This document shows, one piece after another, positions 49,541-57,267 of a stretch of 64,000 nucleotides of DNA. This DNA comes from an uncultured Ruminococcus sp. (GTDB lineage Bacteria > Bacillota > Clostridia > Oscillospirales > CAG-382). Below the pieces are notes generated by a model that was given only the letters and a program-made list of their open reading frames with translations, did no database searches and had not been told where the DNA came from. The position numbers and the translations under genes are program-made. Positions within the stretch are counted from its first letter, which is position 1, and each line of letters opens with the position of its first letter. The DNA lies in contig CAZNCN010000008.1 in the NCBI GenBank assembly GCA_964571635.1, positions 1,608 to 65,607 on the forward strand. The letters are read 5' to 3'.

Positions 49541-49591
49541 TAAGCGACGCAAATTTTATCATAGACGGCCTTTGAGCTTGTTTTTTGTCTA

Positions 49592-49620
49592 TTGACAGCA
49601 CGGCACGGTCATGCTAAAAT
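49592..49620 (+). promoter_or_regulatory. near-consensus sigmaA promoter of the cohesin-dockerin gene
   Basis: TTGACA (49592-49597), 17 nt, TAAAAT (49615-49620). Confidence 0.7.
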
Positions 49621-49661
49621 AAGACAAACAACGACATTTTTCATCTGCCGAGGAGATCGAT

Positions 49662-50642
49662 ATGGCTAAAAAAACAAGGATACAGAATATTCTATGCATC
49701 TTGCTCGTGCTTGTATATGCTTTTTCACTTTCAGTGTTTGCTTTGCCTGAGGTAGGCGATGCTCCGCTTGACCCGGTTTTTAGCCTGAGCGTCACGACAG
49801 ACCAAGAGTCTTATTATGCAGGACGGACAGTCACTGTTTCTGTCACTGTCGGCGGAATAATACCTGCCAAGGGGCTTAGCTTCGTTTCTTTCAAGCTCTG
49901 GTTTGACAAATCGAAGGTCGAGCCTGTGATAAAAAACGATGGCAATCTTAACGAGAATTTTAAAGAAATGCTCGCTGTTTCGCCCGACAGCACAAAATGG
50001 GAGTGCTTCGGCAAGCTGTGCGACGAATATTATGAGCTTTCGGCGCTCACCGACAGCAATGCCACCGCTGTCGATGACGGCTCGATAAGATTTGACGTGC
50101 AGTTCAAGGTTTTGCGTGGCGAATTTGAGGACGTTTCGTTCGTCGTTCCGCACGACAGCATTCAGGCGTATGATTTTGATATGCGCGGGGTTCTGTATGG
50201 TACAGGCGGTACATGCAGGGCAGCGGTCGAGCAGGCGGTGTTTGAGGTCGTCGAGGGCAAGCCTGCCGTTATTGACGGCAGATATATCTATGTCAAAGAG
50301 CAGAACGCCAAGATCAATGATCTGCGCACATACTTTACCTGCGATGTCGAGATCACCAAGAGCACGGGTGCGGCAGTCAAAGAGACTGATGCCATAGCCA
50401 CAAACCAGATCGTAACTGCGCTCGGAAGCGTGTATACCGTTGTGCTCTACGGCGATGTCAACGGTGACGGCAAGATAAGCGTCGCCGATTATACCATCGT
50501 CAAGCGAGTTCTGCAAAACACCCTGACGATTGAGGGTGCGTTTGAAAAAGCGGCGCATGTTTCTATGCGTGACAGCATACATGTTGCTGACTATACGCGC
50601 ATCAAGAGATATATTCAGGGTATATCAGCCCTTCTGCCATAA
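49662..50642 (+). CDS. secreted protein with an N-terminal cohesin-like domain and a C-terminal dockerin
   Basis: Signal peptide MAKKTRIQNILCILLVLVYAFSLSVFA. Cohesin-like GRTVTVSVTVGGI..GLSFVSFKLWFDKSKVEPV...DGSIRFDVQFKV. Dockerin loop DVNGDGKISVADYTIVKRVLQ from nt 50454. Confidence 0.75.
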   Translation: MAKKTRIQNILCILLVLVYAFSLSVFALPEVGDAPLDPVFSLSVTTDQESYYAGRTVTVSVTVGGIIPAKGLSFVSFKLWFDKSKVEPVIKNDGNLNENFKEMLAVSPDSTKWECFGKLCDEYYELSALTDSNATAVDDGSIRFDVQFKVLRGEFEDVSFVVPHDSIQAYDFDMRGVLYGTGGTCRAAVEQAVFEVVEGKPAVIDGRYIYVKEQNAKINDLRTYFTCDVEITKSTGAAVKETDAIATNQIVTALGSVYTVVLYGDVNGDGKISVADYTIVKRVLQNTLTIEGAFEKAAHVSMRDSIHVADYTRIKRYIQGISALLP

Positions 50643-50654
50643 CGACAAGACAAT

Positions 50655-50694
50655 AAAAAGCTGCCTTCGGATGTGCTCGAAGGCGGCTTTTTTG
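50655..50694 (+). terminator. rho-independent terminator of the cohesin-dockerin gene
   Basis: GCTGCCTTCG / CGAAGGCGGC 10-bp stem (one G-U pair), 8-nt loop, T6. Confidence 0.8.
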
Positions 50695-50718
50695 CTGCAA
50701 AATATGACAGTAGGAACT

Positions 50719-50750
50719 AAAAAAGCACCGATCATATCGGTGCTTTTTTT
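50719..50750. terminator. bidirectional terminator (3' of tRNA-Gln on the minus strand)
   Basis: GCACCGAT-cat-ATCGGTGC 8-bp stem flanked by A6 and T7. Confidence 0.8.
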
Positions 50751-50752
50751 AA

Positions 50753-50825
50753 CAGGGATAGCTGGATTTGAACCAGCGAGTGACGGAGTCAAAGTCCGTT
50801 GCCTTAACCACTTGGCTACATCCCT
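50753..50825 (-). tRNA. tRNA-Gln (anticodon UUG)
   Basis: Cloverleaf by eye: acceptor AGGGATG/TATCCCT, anticodon stem ACGGA/TCCGT with loop CTTTGAC, T-arm GCTGG-TTCAAAT-CCAGC. No encoded CCA. Confidence 0.9.
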
Positions 50826-50836
50826 ATGTACCGCAT

Positions 50837-50865
50837 ATTATACAACAAATATGCGGCTTTGTCAA
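50837..50865 (-). promoter_or_regulatory. perfect-consensus sigmaA promoter driving tRNA-Gln
   Basis: Minus strand TTGACA (50865-50860), 17 nt, TATAAT (50842-50837). The tRNA 5' end lies 11 nt downstream of the -10. The -35 starts 3 nt after the NUDIX stop codon. Confidence 0.75.
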
Positions 50866-50868
50866 CTA

Positions 50869-51486
50869 TTATTTTTGCCTGTCGAGCGCATCGGCGATAA
50901 TGAGTCCGTGGTCGCCTGCGAGCTGACAATCTGTCAGGAATTTAAATGTGCTGTCGCACTCGAACGGCATTATCGGTGTGGTCTTGAGCACAGAATAATT
51001 TATCTCTTTTTCGCCGCATTTGAGCGAAATGTCGATGACTTGCTGCTTTTCAGTCTCTGTTTGGGTCTCGTCATGGCGTGTGATGCTGTATTCAAACCAG
51101 CCTGCGTCGTCGGCGTCGTCGCCTGCATGTGCTGCCTGAACATCGCCTGTAAATGTTGCGGCAAACGCCACGGTTATGATCCTCGTGCGGGGATCGCGGT
51201 CGGGCTGCGACCAGACTCTAAGCTGTCTGACCGCGACAGACGAGATGCCTGTCTCTTCGGTAAGCTCTCTGACTGCGGCGTGCTCGACCGTTTCGGTCAT
51301 TTCAACAAATCCACCGGGCATCGCATATTTGCCGAGCGCGGGATGTCCGCCTCGCTTGATGAGCAAAAGCTTGCCCTTGTAGGTAAGAATAATATCGACC
51401 GTGACAGACGGACGCTCGAACTTCGACGCATCGTATTGTGCCAGAAATTCTGCCTCTGTCAAGCCGTTTCTGTCTCTAAGCTCCAT
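50869..51486 (-). CDS. NUDIX hydrolase
   Basis: Nudix box GGFVEMTETVEHAAVRELTEETG. C-terminal LAGDHGLIIADAL resembles ADP-ribose pyrophosphatase-type Nudix proteins. Confidence 0.85.
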   Translation of the reverse strand: MELRDRNGLTEAEFLAQYDASKFERPSVTVDIILTYKGKLLLIKRGGHPALGKYAMPGGFVEMTETVEHAAVRELTEETGISSVAVRQLRVWSQPDRDPRTRIITVAFAATFTGDVQAAHAGDDADDAGWFEYSITRHDETQTETEKQQVIDISLKCGEKEINYSVLKTTPIMPFECDSTFKFLTDCQLAGDHGLIIADALDRQK

Positions 51487-51508
51487 TTTTATCGCTCCTT
51501 TTGCCGCA

Positions 51509-52210
51509 TTACAGCGGCTTCTTTTTTATCTTGGAATTTTGCCTCGGGTATTGGGGTGGGGTGGGGCAGACCTTTTTAATCACTATAAGCGTGTGAACTC
51601 GCTCTGTCATGGGAATAGGGCATTTTATTATCTCTGCATCAGAACCGCCGAGAATTTTTATGCCGTTTTTTGCTTCTTCGTATTCCTCGATGCCGCCGGG
51701 GCCCTTCATGGCAATGAAATATCCGCCCTTTTTGACGAATGGCATACACCATTCACAAAGCACGTTGAGCCGTGCCACGCCTCGTGAAACCGCGATGTCG
51801 AATTGCTCACGGTATTCTGCTTTTTGCGTCAGCTCTTCGGCTCTGCCGCAAAGCGTGCTTATCGAAACGCCTGCCGCTTTTGCGGTGTCTGCGACGAAAG
51901 CAAGCTTTTTTGCCGTAGCGTCGTTGGCTGTGACATCGCAATCGGTGCATGAGGCAATTGGCAGTGCGGGAAAACCGCCGCCGCAGCCTATGTCGATGAC
52001 TTTTTTGCCGTTTTGAAACAGCCCTGTCGTCATAAGTGTAAGCGAGTCATAGAGGTGCAGCATGGCGATGTCCTCAGGCGTTTTGAGCGCCGTAAGGTTG
52101 AGCACACCGTTCATTTCGTCGAGCCTGTCGCATATGACCGAAAGTCTGCACAGGTCGCGCTCGGATAGCGATTGCATATGCTGCTGCAGTATTTTGACAG
52201 CGTTATTCAT
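51509..52210 (-). CDS. rsmG: 16S rRNA (guanine527-N7)-methyltransferase
   Basis: SAM motif VIDIGCGGGFPALPIA, with gene order after mnmG. ATG 52210 overlaps the mnmG stop by 8 nt. The ORF-caller start at 52273 lies inside mnmG. Confidence 0.9.
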   Translation of the reverse strand: MNNAVKILQQHMQSLSERDLCRLSVICDRLDEMNGVLNLTALKTPEDIAMLHLYDSLTLMTTGLFQNGKKVIDIGCGGGFPALPIASCTDCDVTANDATAKKLAFVADTAKAAGVSISTLCGRAEELTQKAEYREQFDIAVSRGVARLNVLCEWCMPFVKKGGYFIAMKGPGGIEEYEEAKNGIKILGGSDAEIIKCPIPMTERVHTLIVIKKVCPTPPQYPRQNSKIKKKPL

Positions 52211-54080
52211 TGGTCTTGCCTCCGTCCTTTGCGAGATATACCAAAAGCACCGAAATATCGGCAGGACTGACACCCGAGATCCTCGAGGCAGCGCCTATGC
52301 TGGCAGGCCTTTGCGATGAAAGCTTTTGAATGGCCTCGATGCGCAGACCGCCTATTTTTGTATAATCGACAGATGCAGGTATCAGTTTTTTTTCAAGCTC
52401 ATTAAATCTCTCTGCCGCCGCAAGCTGCTTTTTGATATAGCCCTCGTATTTTATTTCGGTCTCTGCACGGCAGGCGATGCTGTAAGGGACATTCGACGTG
52501 CCGTCGAGCGCGTATATTTCAAATATGCTTATGCCCGGTCTGCGCAGCAATTCGGACTTGCGCATTCCTCCGTCGACCATGTCAAAGCCGTGCGAAACGA
52601 GCAGGTCGTTTAAGCCCTGTGAGAGCGGTATGCTCTCTGAAAAGAGCCTGCTTATCTCATGAGTGAGTATCGCTTCGTCGAGTATGTATTTATAATATTG
52701 CCCGTCTTGTATCAGCCCGATGCGCCTTGCCTTTGGCGTGAGCCTTTTGCGCGCGTTGTCCTGCCTGAGCAAAAGTCTGTATTCGCTGCGCGAGGTCATC
52801 ATCCTGTAAGGCTCGCTTGTCCCCTTGGTGACGAGGTCGTCGATGAGCGTGCCGATATAGCTCTCGTCGCGCCTTAAAACAAATTCGCCGCCGTTTTTGG
52901 CTCTGAGCCCTGCGTTTATGCCTGCGATCAGTCCTTGTGCAGCCGCCTCCTCATAGCCCGAGCTGCCGTTGAACTGACCTGCACCGAAAAGCCCGGATAT
53001 CGCTTTGAATTCAAGCGTAGGCTTTAATTGCAGGGGGTCGCAGCAGTCGTATTCTATTGCGTATGCGGTGCGCATTATCACAGCATTCTCAAGCCCTTTG
53101 ATGCTGTGGACTATCTGCCTTTGCACCTCTTCGGGCATTGATGACGAAAGCCCCTGTATATACATTTCTTTTGTGTCGTCGCCCATAGGCTCGATAAAAA
53201 GCTGATGACGCTCTTTGTCGGCGAACCTCGTGACCTTGTCCTCGATGCTCGGACAGTATCTCGGCCCTGTGCCCTTTATCTCGCCTGAAAAAAGCGGACT
53301 GCGGTGCAGGTTCTCGCGTATGATCCTGTGAGTTTCGGCGTTGGTGTAGGTGATATAGCAGCAGCATTTGTTTTTTGGGTGCTCATCAGACGAAAAGACG
53401 GTTGTAAGCTCGTCGCCCTCCTGCTTTTCGAGCACAGAATAATCTATGCTGTCGGCGTGGATTCTGGGCGGAGTGCCTGTCTTGAACCTGCGCAGGCTGA
53501 CGCCGCTTGCAATAAGGCTCTGCACGAGCGGCTTTGCGGCACGCGTGTTGTCGGGGCCTGATTCGTATGATGCTTCGCCGACGATTATCCTGCCGCCGAG
53601 CGATGTGCCTGTTGCTATTATGACACTTTTTACTCCGTATTCCGCACCAAATGCAGTGACAACACTGCAAACAGTGCCGTTCTCGATAACGACGTCGGTT
53701 ATTTCTGCCTGTATCAACGTGAGGTTCTCTGTGTTCTCGATGACCTGCTTCATATAAGCCGAATAAGCTCTGCGGTCAGATTGCATTCTCAGCGACCTGA
53801 CGGCAGGCCCTTTTGACATATTGAGCATACGGCTTTGCAGCATGACTTTGTCAGCTGCCTTGCCCATTTCACCGCCCAATGCGTCGATCTCAAACACGAG
53901 ATGCCCTTTCGCCGTGCCGCCTATGGCAGGGTTGCAGGGCATATTGCCGACAAGGTCGAGCGAAAGCGTAAAAAGTGCCGTGCTCGCACCGAGCCTTGCT
54001 GAGGCAAGAGCCGCCTCGATGCCTGCGTGTCCCGCACCTATGACTGCAGTATCAAAATATCCCGCATAATATTTCTGCAT
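52203..54080 (-). CDS. mnmG: tRNA uridine-5-carboxymethylaminomethyl synthesis enzyme MnmG (GidA)
   Basis: 625 aa. FAD motif VIGAGHAGIEAA, and NPAIGGTAKGHLV. Confidence 0.96.
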   Translation of the reverse strand: MQKYYAGYFDTAVIGAGHAGIEAALASARLGASTALFTLSLDLVGNMPCNPAIGGTAKGHLVFEIDALGGEMGKAADKVMLQSRMLNMSKGPAVRSLRMQSDRRAYSAYMKQVIENTENLTLIQAEITDVVIENGTVCSVVTAFGAEYGVKSVIIATGTSLGGRIIVGEASYESGPDNTRAAKPLVQSLIASGVSLRRFKTGTPPRIHADSIDYSVLEKQEGDELTTVFSSDEHPKNKCCCYITYTNAETHRIIRENLHRSPLFSGEIKGTGPRYCPSIEDKVTRFADKERHQLFIEPMGDDTKEMYIQGLSSSMPEEVQRQIVHSIKGLENAVIMRTAYAIEYDCCDPLQLKPTLEFKAISGLFGAGQFNGSSGYEEAAAQGLIAGINAGLRAKNGGEFVLRRDESYIGTLIDDLVTKGTSEPYRMMTSRSEYRLLLRQDNARKRLTPKARRIGLIQDGQYYKYILDEAILTHEISRLFSESIPLSQGLNDLLVSHGFDMVDGGMRKSELLRRPGISIFEIYALDGTSNVPYSIACRAETEIKYEGYIKKQLAAAERFNELEKKLIPASVDYTKIGGLRIEAIQKLSSQRPASIGAASRISGVSPADISVLLVYLAKDGGKTNE

Positions 54081-54093
54081 AAAAATCCCCTTG

Positions 54094-55458
54094 TTATTTT
54101 CCTACACAAAAGTGGCTGAAAATATCGTCAACTATTTTTTGCGATACCTCGCGACCGTCCATCTCGCCCAGATACTGCATCGCACTCTCAATGTTCATCA
54201 GTGCGATGTCAGTGGTAAAGCCGTCGCAAAGCGCGTTTATCGCCTCGTTTATCTCATTTAGTGCATTTTTTGCCGCTGCGTATTGACGTGCACCGAGAAT
54301 AATGTCGCCGCCGTTTATGTCATGTGCGCCGACAAAATCGTAGATCTCGTCCTTAAGACTTACTTCGCCCTCGCCGGTGAGCGCCGAATAGCTTATGATG
54401 CGCTCGTAGGGCAATTTGATGCCTGCTGTCGCAATGTCGCTTTTGTTCATGATTGCAATGACCCTTGAATTCATGCCGGCCGAATCGATATAGCCGATCA
54501 TCTCTTTGTCCTGCTCTGTAATGCCTGTTTCGGCATCAAACACCGCAAGAATCAGGTCTGCACCGCTTATTGCTTCAATGCTCTTTTGGATGCCTATCGC
54601 CTCGATCATATCGTCGCTTTGATGTATGCCCGCCGTGTCCGAGAGCTCGAGAATGACATCGCCGACTCTGACAGAGGCGGTGACAACGTCGCGTGTAGTG
54701 CCTGCGATAGGTGTAACTATTGCTCTGTCCTCGCCCGAAAGCCTGTTTAAAATCGAGCTTTTGCCGACATTCGGCTTGCCGACGATGGCGGTCTTGACGC
54801 CCTCGCTGATGGCGAGCCCGTATTTGTGGGTCGAGCAAAGCCTTGAAAGCGTGTCGCTTGCGGAATGCAGCTTCTGCAGCATCTGCTCTGAAGTCAATTC
54901 TGTAAGATCCTCGGTGGGATAATCGATGTATGCATACGCCGAAGCTGCCGTCAGCGAAAGGTCGTCGTATATTTTCTTTAAGCTTTGCGACAGCCTGCCA
55001 CGAGATTGTAAAAGCGAGATCTTGAGTCCTGCATCTGTGCGTGCGTCGATAATGTTGCCTATCGCTTCGGCCTCGGTCAGCGTCAGTTTGCCGTTTGTGA
55101 ACGCTCTTTTTGTAAATTCGCCTGCCATGGCATATCTTGCACCTGCCGCAAGGCAAGCACCAAGCAATTTTTGAGTGCAATAAACGCCGCCGTGGCAGCA
55201 CAGCTCGACGACATCCTCGCCCGTGAAGCTGCCGGGAGCTTTGAAATAGCACGCGAGTCCGTCATCAAATTCGCCGTCGTCTGCCGTAAAAGCGCCGTAT
55301 ATCTGCGTGCGCGGAGCACTCACTAATGATACCGAACCGAACGGAGCAAACACCTTGTCTGCTATTTCGAGTGCTTTTTCACCCGAAATGCGTATGAGCG
55401 CAACGCCACCCTTGCCGTGCGGTGTCGAGATCGCAGCTATCGTATCTGTCAAATACAC
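54094..55458 (-). CDS. mnmE: tRNA modification GTPase MnmE (TrmE)
   Basis: DTIAAISTP...GGVALIRISG, G-domain GKPNVGKSSILN/DTAG/NKSD, C-terminal FCVGK. Confidence 0.96.
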   Translation of the reverse strand: MYLTDTIAAISTPHGKGGVALIRISGEKALEIADKVFAPFGSVSLVSAPRTQIYGAFTADDGEFDDGLACYFKAPGSFTGEDVVELCCHGGVYCTQKLLGACLAAGARYAMAGEFTKRAFTNGKLTLTEAEAIGNIIDARTDAGLKISLLQSRGRLSQSLKKIYDDLSLTAASAYAYIDYPTEDLTELTSEQMLQKLHSASDTLSRLCSTHKYGLAISEGVKTAIVGKPNVGKSSILNRLSGEDRAIVTPIAGTTRDVVTASVRVGDVILELSDTAGIHQSDDMIEAIGIQKSIEAISGADLILAVFDAETGITEQDKEMIGYIDSAGMNSRVIAIMNKSDIATAGIKLPYERIISYSALTGEGEVSLKDEIYDFVGAHDINGGDIILGARQYAAAKNALNEINEAINALCDGFTTDIALMNIESAMQYLGEMDGREVSQKIVDDIFSHFCVGK

Positions 55459-55461
55459 CTG

Positions 55462-55956
55462 TCAAGCCTCCTCAAACAGTGTTCCTGCCGTGTTCATGCC
55501 TTCGAAATCCGCTTGCCTCAATGCCTCGTAAACCGCTATCGCAACAGAATTTGAGAGGTTAAGGCTGCGCAGCGAGCCCTGCATCGGTATTCTCACGCAG
55601 CGATCTTCGTGCTCAAGCAGCAGCGGCTCGGGCAAGCCCTTTGTCTCTTTGCCGAAAATGAGATATACCTTGCCGTCGTATGTGACATCGGTGTATCTTC
55701 TGCGGGCCTTGGTGGTGAAATAAAAGTATTTGCCGTCGCTGTTTTTATCAAAAAACTCCTGTATGCTGTCATAATAATGTATGTCGAGGTATTGCCAATA
55801 GTCAAGCCCCGCACGCTTCAGGTTGCGGTCTGTTATCTCAAACCCGAGTGGCCTTATCAGATGCAGAGAAGCACCCGTGACGGCACAGGTACGCGAAATG
55901 TTGCCTGTGTTCTGTGGTATTTCGGGCTCATGCAAAACGATGTTCAAGCGATTCAT
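55462..55956 (-). CDS. trmL: tRNA (cytidine/uridine-2'-O-)-methyltransferase TrmL (SpoU/TrmH class)
   Basis: MNRLNIVLHEPEIPQNTGNISRTC...LIFGKETKGLP...IPM...RSLNLSNSVAI. The promoter at 55990-56018 excludes the long ORF-caller N-terminus. GGAGG lies 11 nt upstream of the ATG. Confidence 0.85.
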   Translation of the reverse strand: MNRLNIVLHEPEIPQNTGNISRTCAVTGASLHLIRPLGFEITDRNLKRAGLDYWQYLDIHYYDSIQEFFDKNSDGKYFYFTTKARRRYTDVTYDGKVYLIFGKETKGLPEPLLLEHEDRCVRIPMQGSLRSLNLSNSVAIAVYEALRQADFEGMNTAGTLFEEA

Positions 55957-55989
55957 AAGACTTTCAGCCTCCATAGACATTCTCACGCT

Positions 55990-56018
55990 ATTATATAACC
56001 TTTTTGCACAAAATGCAA
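55990..56018 (-). promoter_or_regulatory. sigmaA promoter of trmL-mnmE-mnmG-rsmG
   Basis: Minus strand TTGCAT (56018-56013), 17 nt, TATAAT (55995-55990). Confidence 0.7.
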
Positions 56019-56086
56019 TCGCTTTTTCATCTTTTCTTGCCTCTCTTATATTACGACCGCTTTGCTTGCCGAATAGCCTTTGCGGT

Positions 56087-56117
56087 ATAAAAAAGCGGCT
56101 GTCCTTGCGGACAGCCG
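56087..56117 (-). terminator. rho-independent terminator of the 60173..56130 gene cluster
   Basis: Minus strand CGGCTGTCC-gcaa-GGACAGCCG followed by CTTTTTTAT. Confidence 0.85.
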
Positions 56118-56129
56118 AGTTTTGAAAAA

Positions 56130-57191
56130 TTAAAGCTGGATCTCTTTGCCCTGTTCGGACGAATCGTACATAGCCTGCATCATCTTTGCGGTGATGATGA
56201 CGGTGTCGATGTGCGAGGGAAGCTTTTCGCCGGTCTTTATGCAGCGAATGAAGCTGTTGATCTCGTTTTCGAAATGAGCGTTGGGGGTGAAGCGGGGCTT
56301 GAACTCGATGAGTTCGCCGCAAGCGGTGGTGTAGAGCGTGAAGTCAGAGCCATACTGAAGTCTTGCGCCGCCCTTGGTGCCGAGGAAGTCGATATAGGTC
56401 TCTGCTACGCCGATGTTCTGAGCCCATGCACCGTTGAAGGTGATAGTGGGGCCCTCGGTGCGAACGAAGCCGGTGACATAGTCGTCGACGTCATAGGTGC
56501 CGTTGACATCCTTGGTGTCCTCTGCCCACATGCCGTTGTAAACATAGTTGGGCATATCAACGCCGAGCTTCGAGAAAGCCTTGGAAGAAACGGTGAGAGG
56601 CTTGGGATCGTTCATGCAGTACATGACGATGTCGAGATAATGTACGCCCCAGTCGATGAGGACGCCGCCGCCCGAGATAGCCTTGGTGGTGAATGCGCCG
56701 CCGAGACCGGGGATCGAGCGATGTGCACGGAACGATACATAAACAGCATAGACCTCGCCGAGGTCGCCGTTCTGGATCATAGAGCGAAGCTTGTTGACAC
56801 CTGCATTGAAGCGGTTGACAACGCCGATGTTGAGCACCTTGCCCGACTCGTGCTGAGCCTCTTGCATCTCGAGTGCCTCGGAATAGACACGTGCAGCGGG
56901 CTTCTCGCACAGGACGTTCTTGCCTGCTTTGAGGAAGTCGATGGTGATGACCGAGTGCATACGGTTAGGTGTGCAGACAGAAACCGCCTCAATCTCGGGA
57001 TCGGCGAGAATTTCGTGATAATCTTCGACAGCTGTGCCGCAGCCGTATTTCTCGACTGCTGCCTGTGCCTTGGAAAGAATGATGTCGCAGAAATATTTGA
57101 TCTCGACATCGGGGTTTTTAAGATAAGCGGGGATATGCGCGCTGTTTGCGATAGTACCGCAGCCTATAATGGCTATTTTCATTTTTGCCAT
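56130..57191 (-). CDS. Gfo/Idh/MocA-family NAD(P)-dependent oxidoreductase
   Basis: MAKMKIAIIGCGTIANSAHIPAY...VSVCTPNRMH...GKNVLCEKP. Canonical Rossmann loop. Confidence 0.88.
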   Translation of the reverse strand: MAKMKIAIIGCGTIANSAHIPAYLKNPDVEIKYFCDIILSKAQAAVEKYGCGTAVEDYHEILADPEIEAVSVCTPNRMHSVITIDFLKAGKNVLCEKPAARVYSEALEMQEAQHESGKVLNIGVVNRFNAGVNKLRSMIQNGDLGEVYAVYVSFRAHRSIPGLGGAFTTKAISGGGVLIDWGVHYLDIVMYCMNDPKPLTVSSKAFSKLGVDMPNYVYNGMWAEDTKDVNGTYDVDDYVTGFVRTEGPTITFNGAWAQNIGVAETYIDFLGTKGGARLQYGSDFTLYTTACGELIEFKPRFTPNAHFENEINSFIRCIKTGEKLPSHIDTVIITAKMMQAMYDSSEQGKEIQL

Positions 57192-57267
57192 AATGCCCTC
57201 CAAAACAAATTGTTTGATTATATTTTATCACATACCGTTCTGTTTTTCAATAGCAAAAAGAATAATT

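Noticed and set aside
49731-51579. Long antisense ORFs 49731..50582 (-) and 50530..51579 (+).
   Set aside because: The first is antisense to the cohesin-dockerin gene. The second runs through two terminators, the tRNA-Gln gene and the antisense strand of the NUDIX gene, so it cannot be a real CDS.
55957-56322. Arg/His-rich 122-aa N-terminal extension of the trmL ORF (ORF-caller start at 56322).
   Set aside because: The extension runs through the terminator of the upstream cluster and the TTGCAT-17-TATAAT promoter at 55990-56018. TrmL homologues start at the MNRLNIVL-type sequence.
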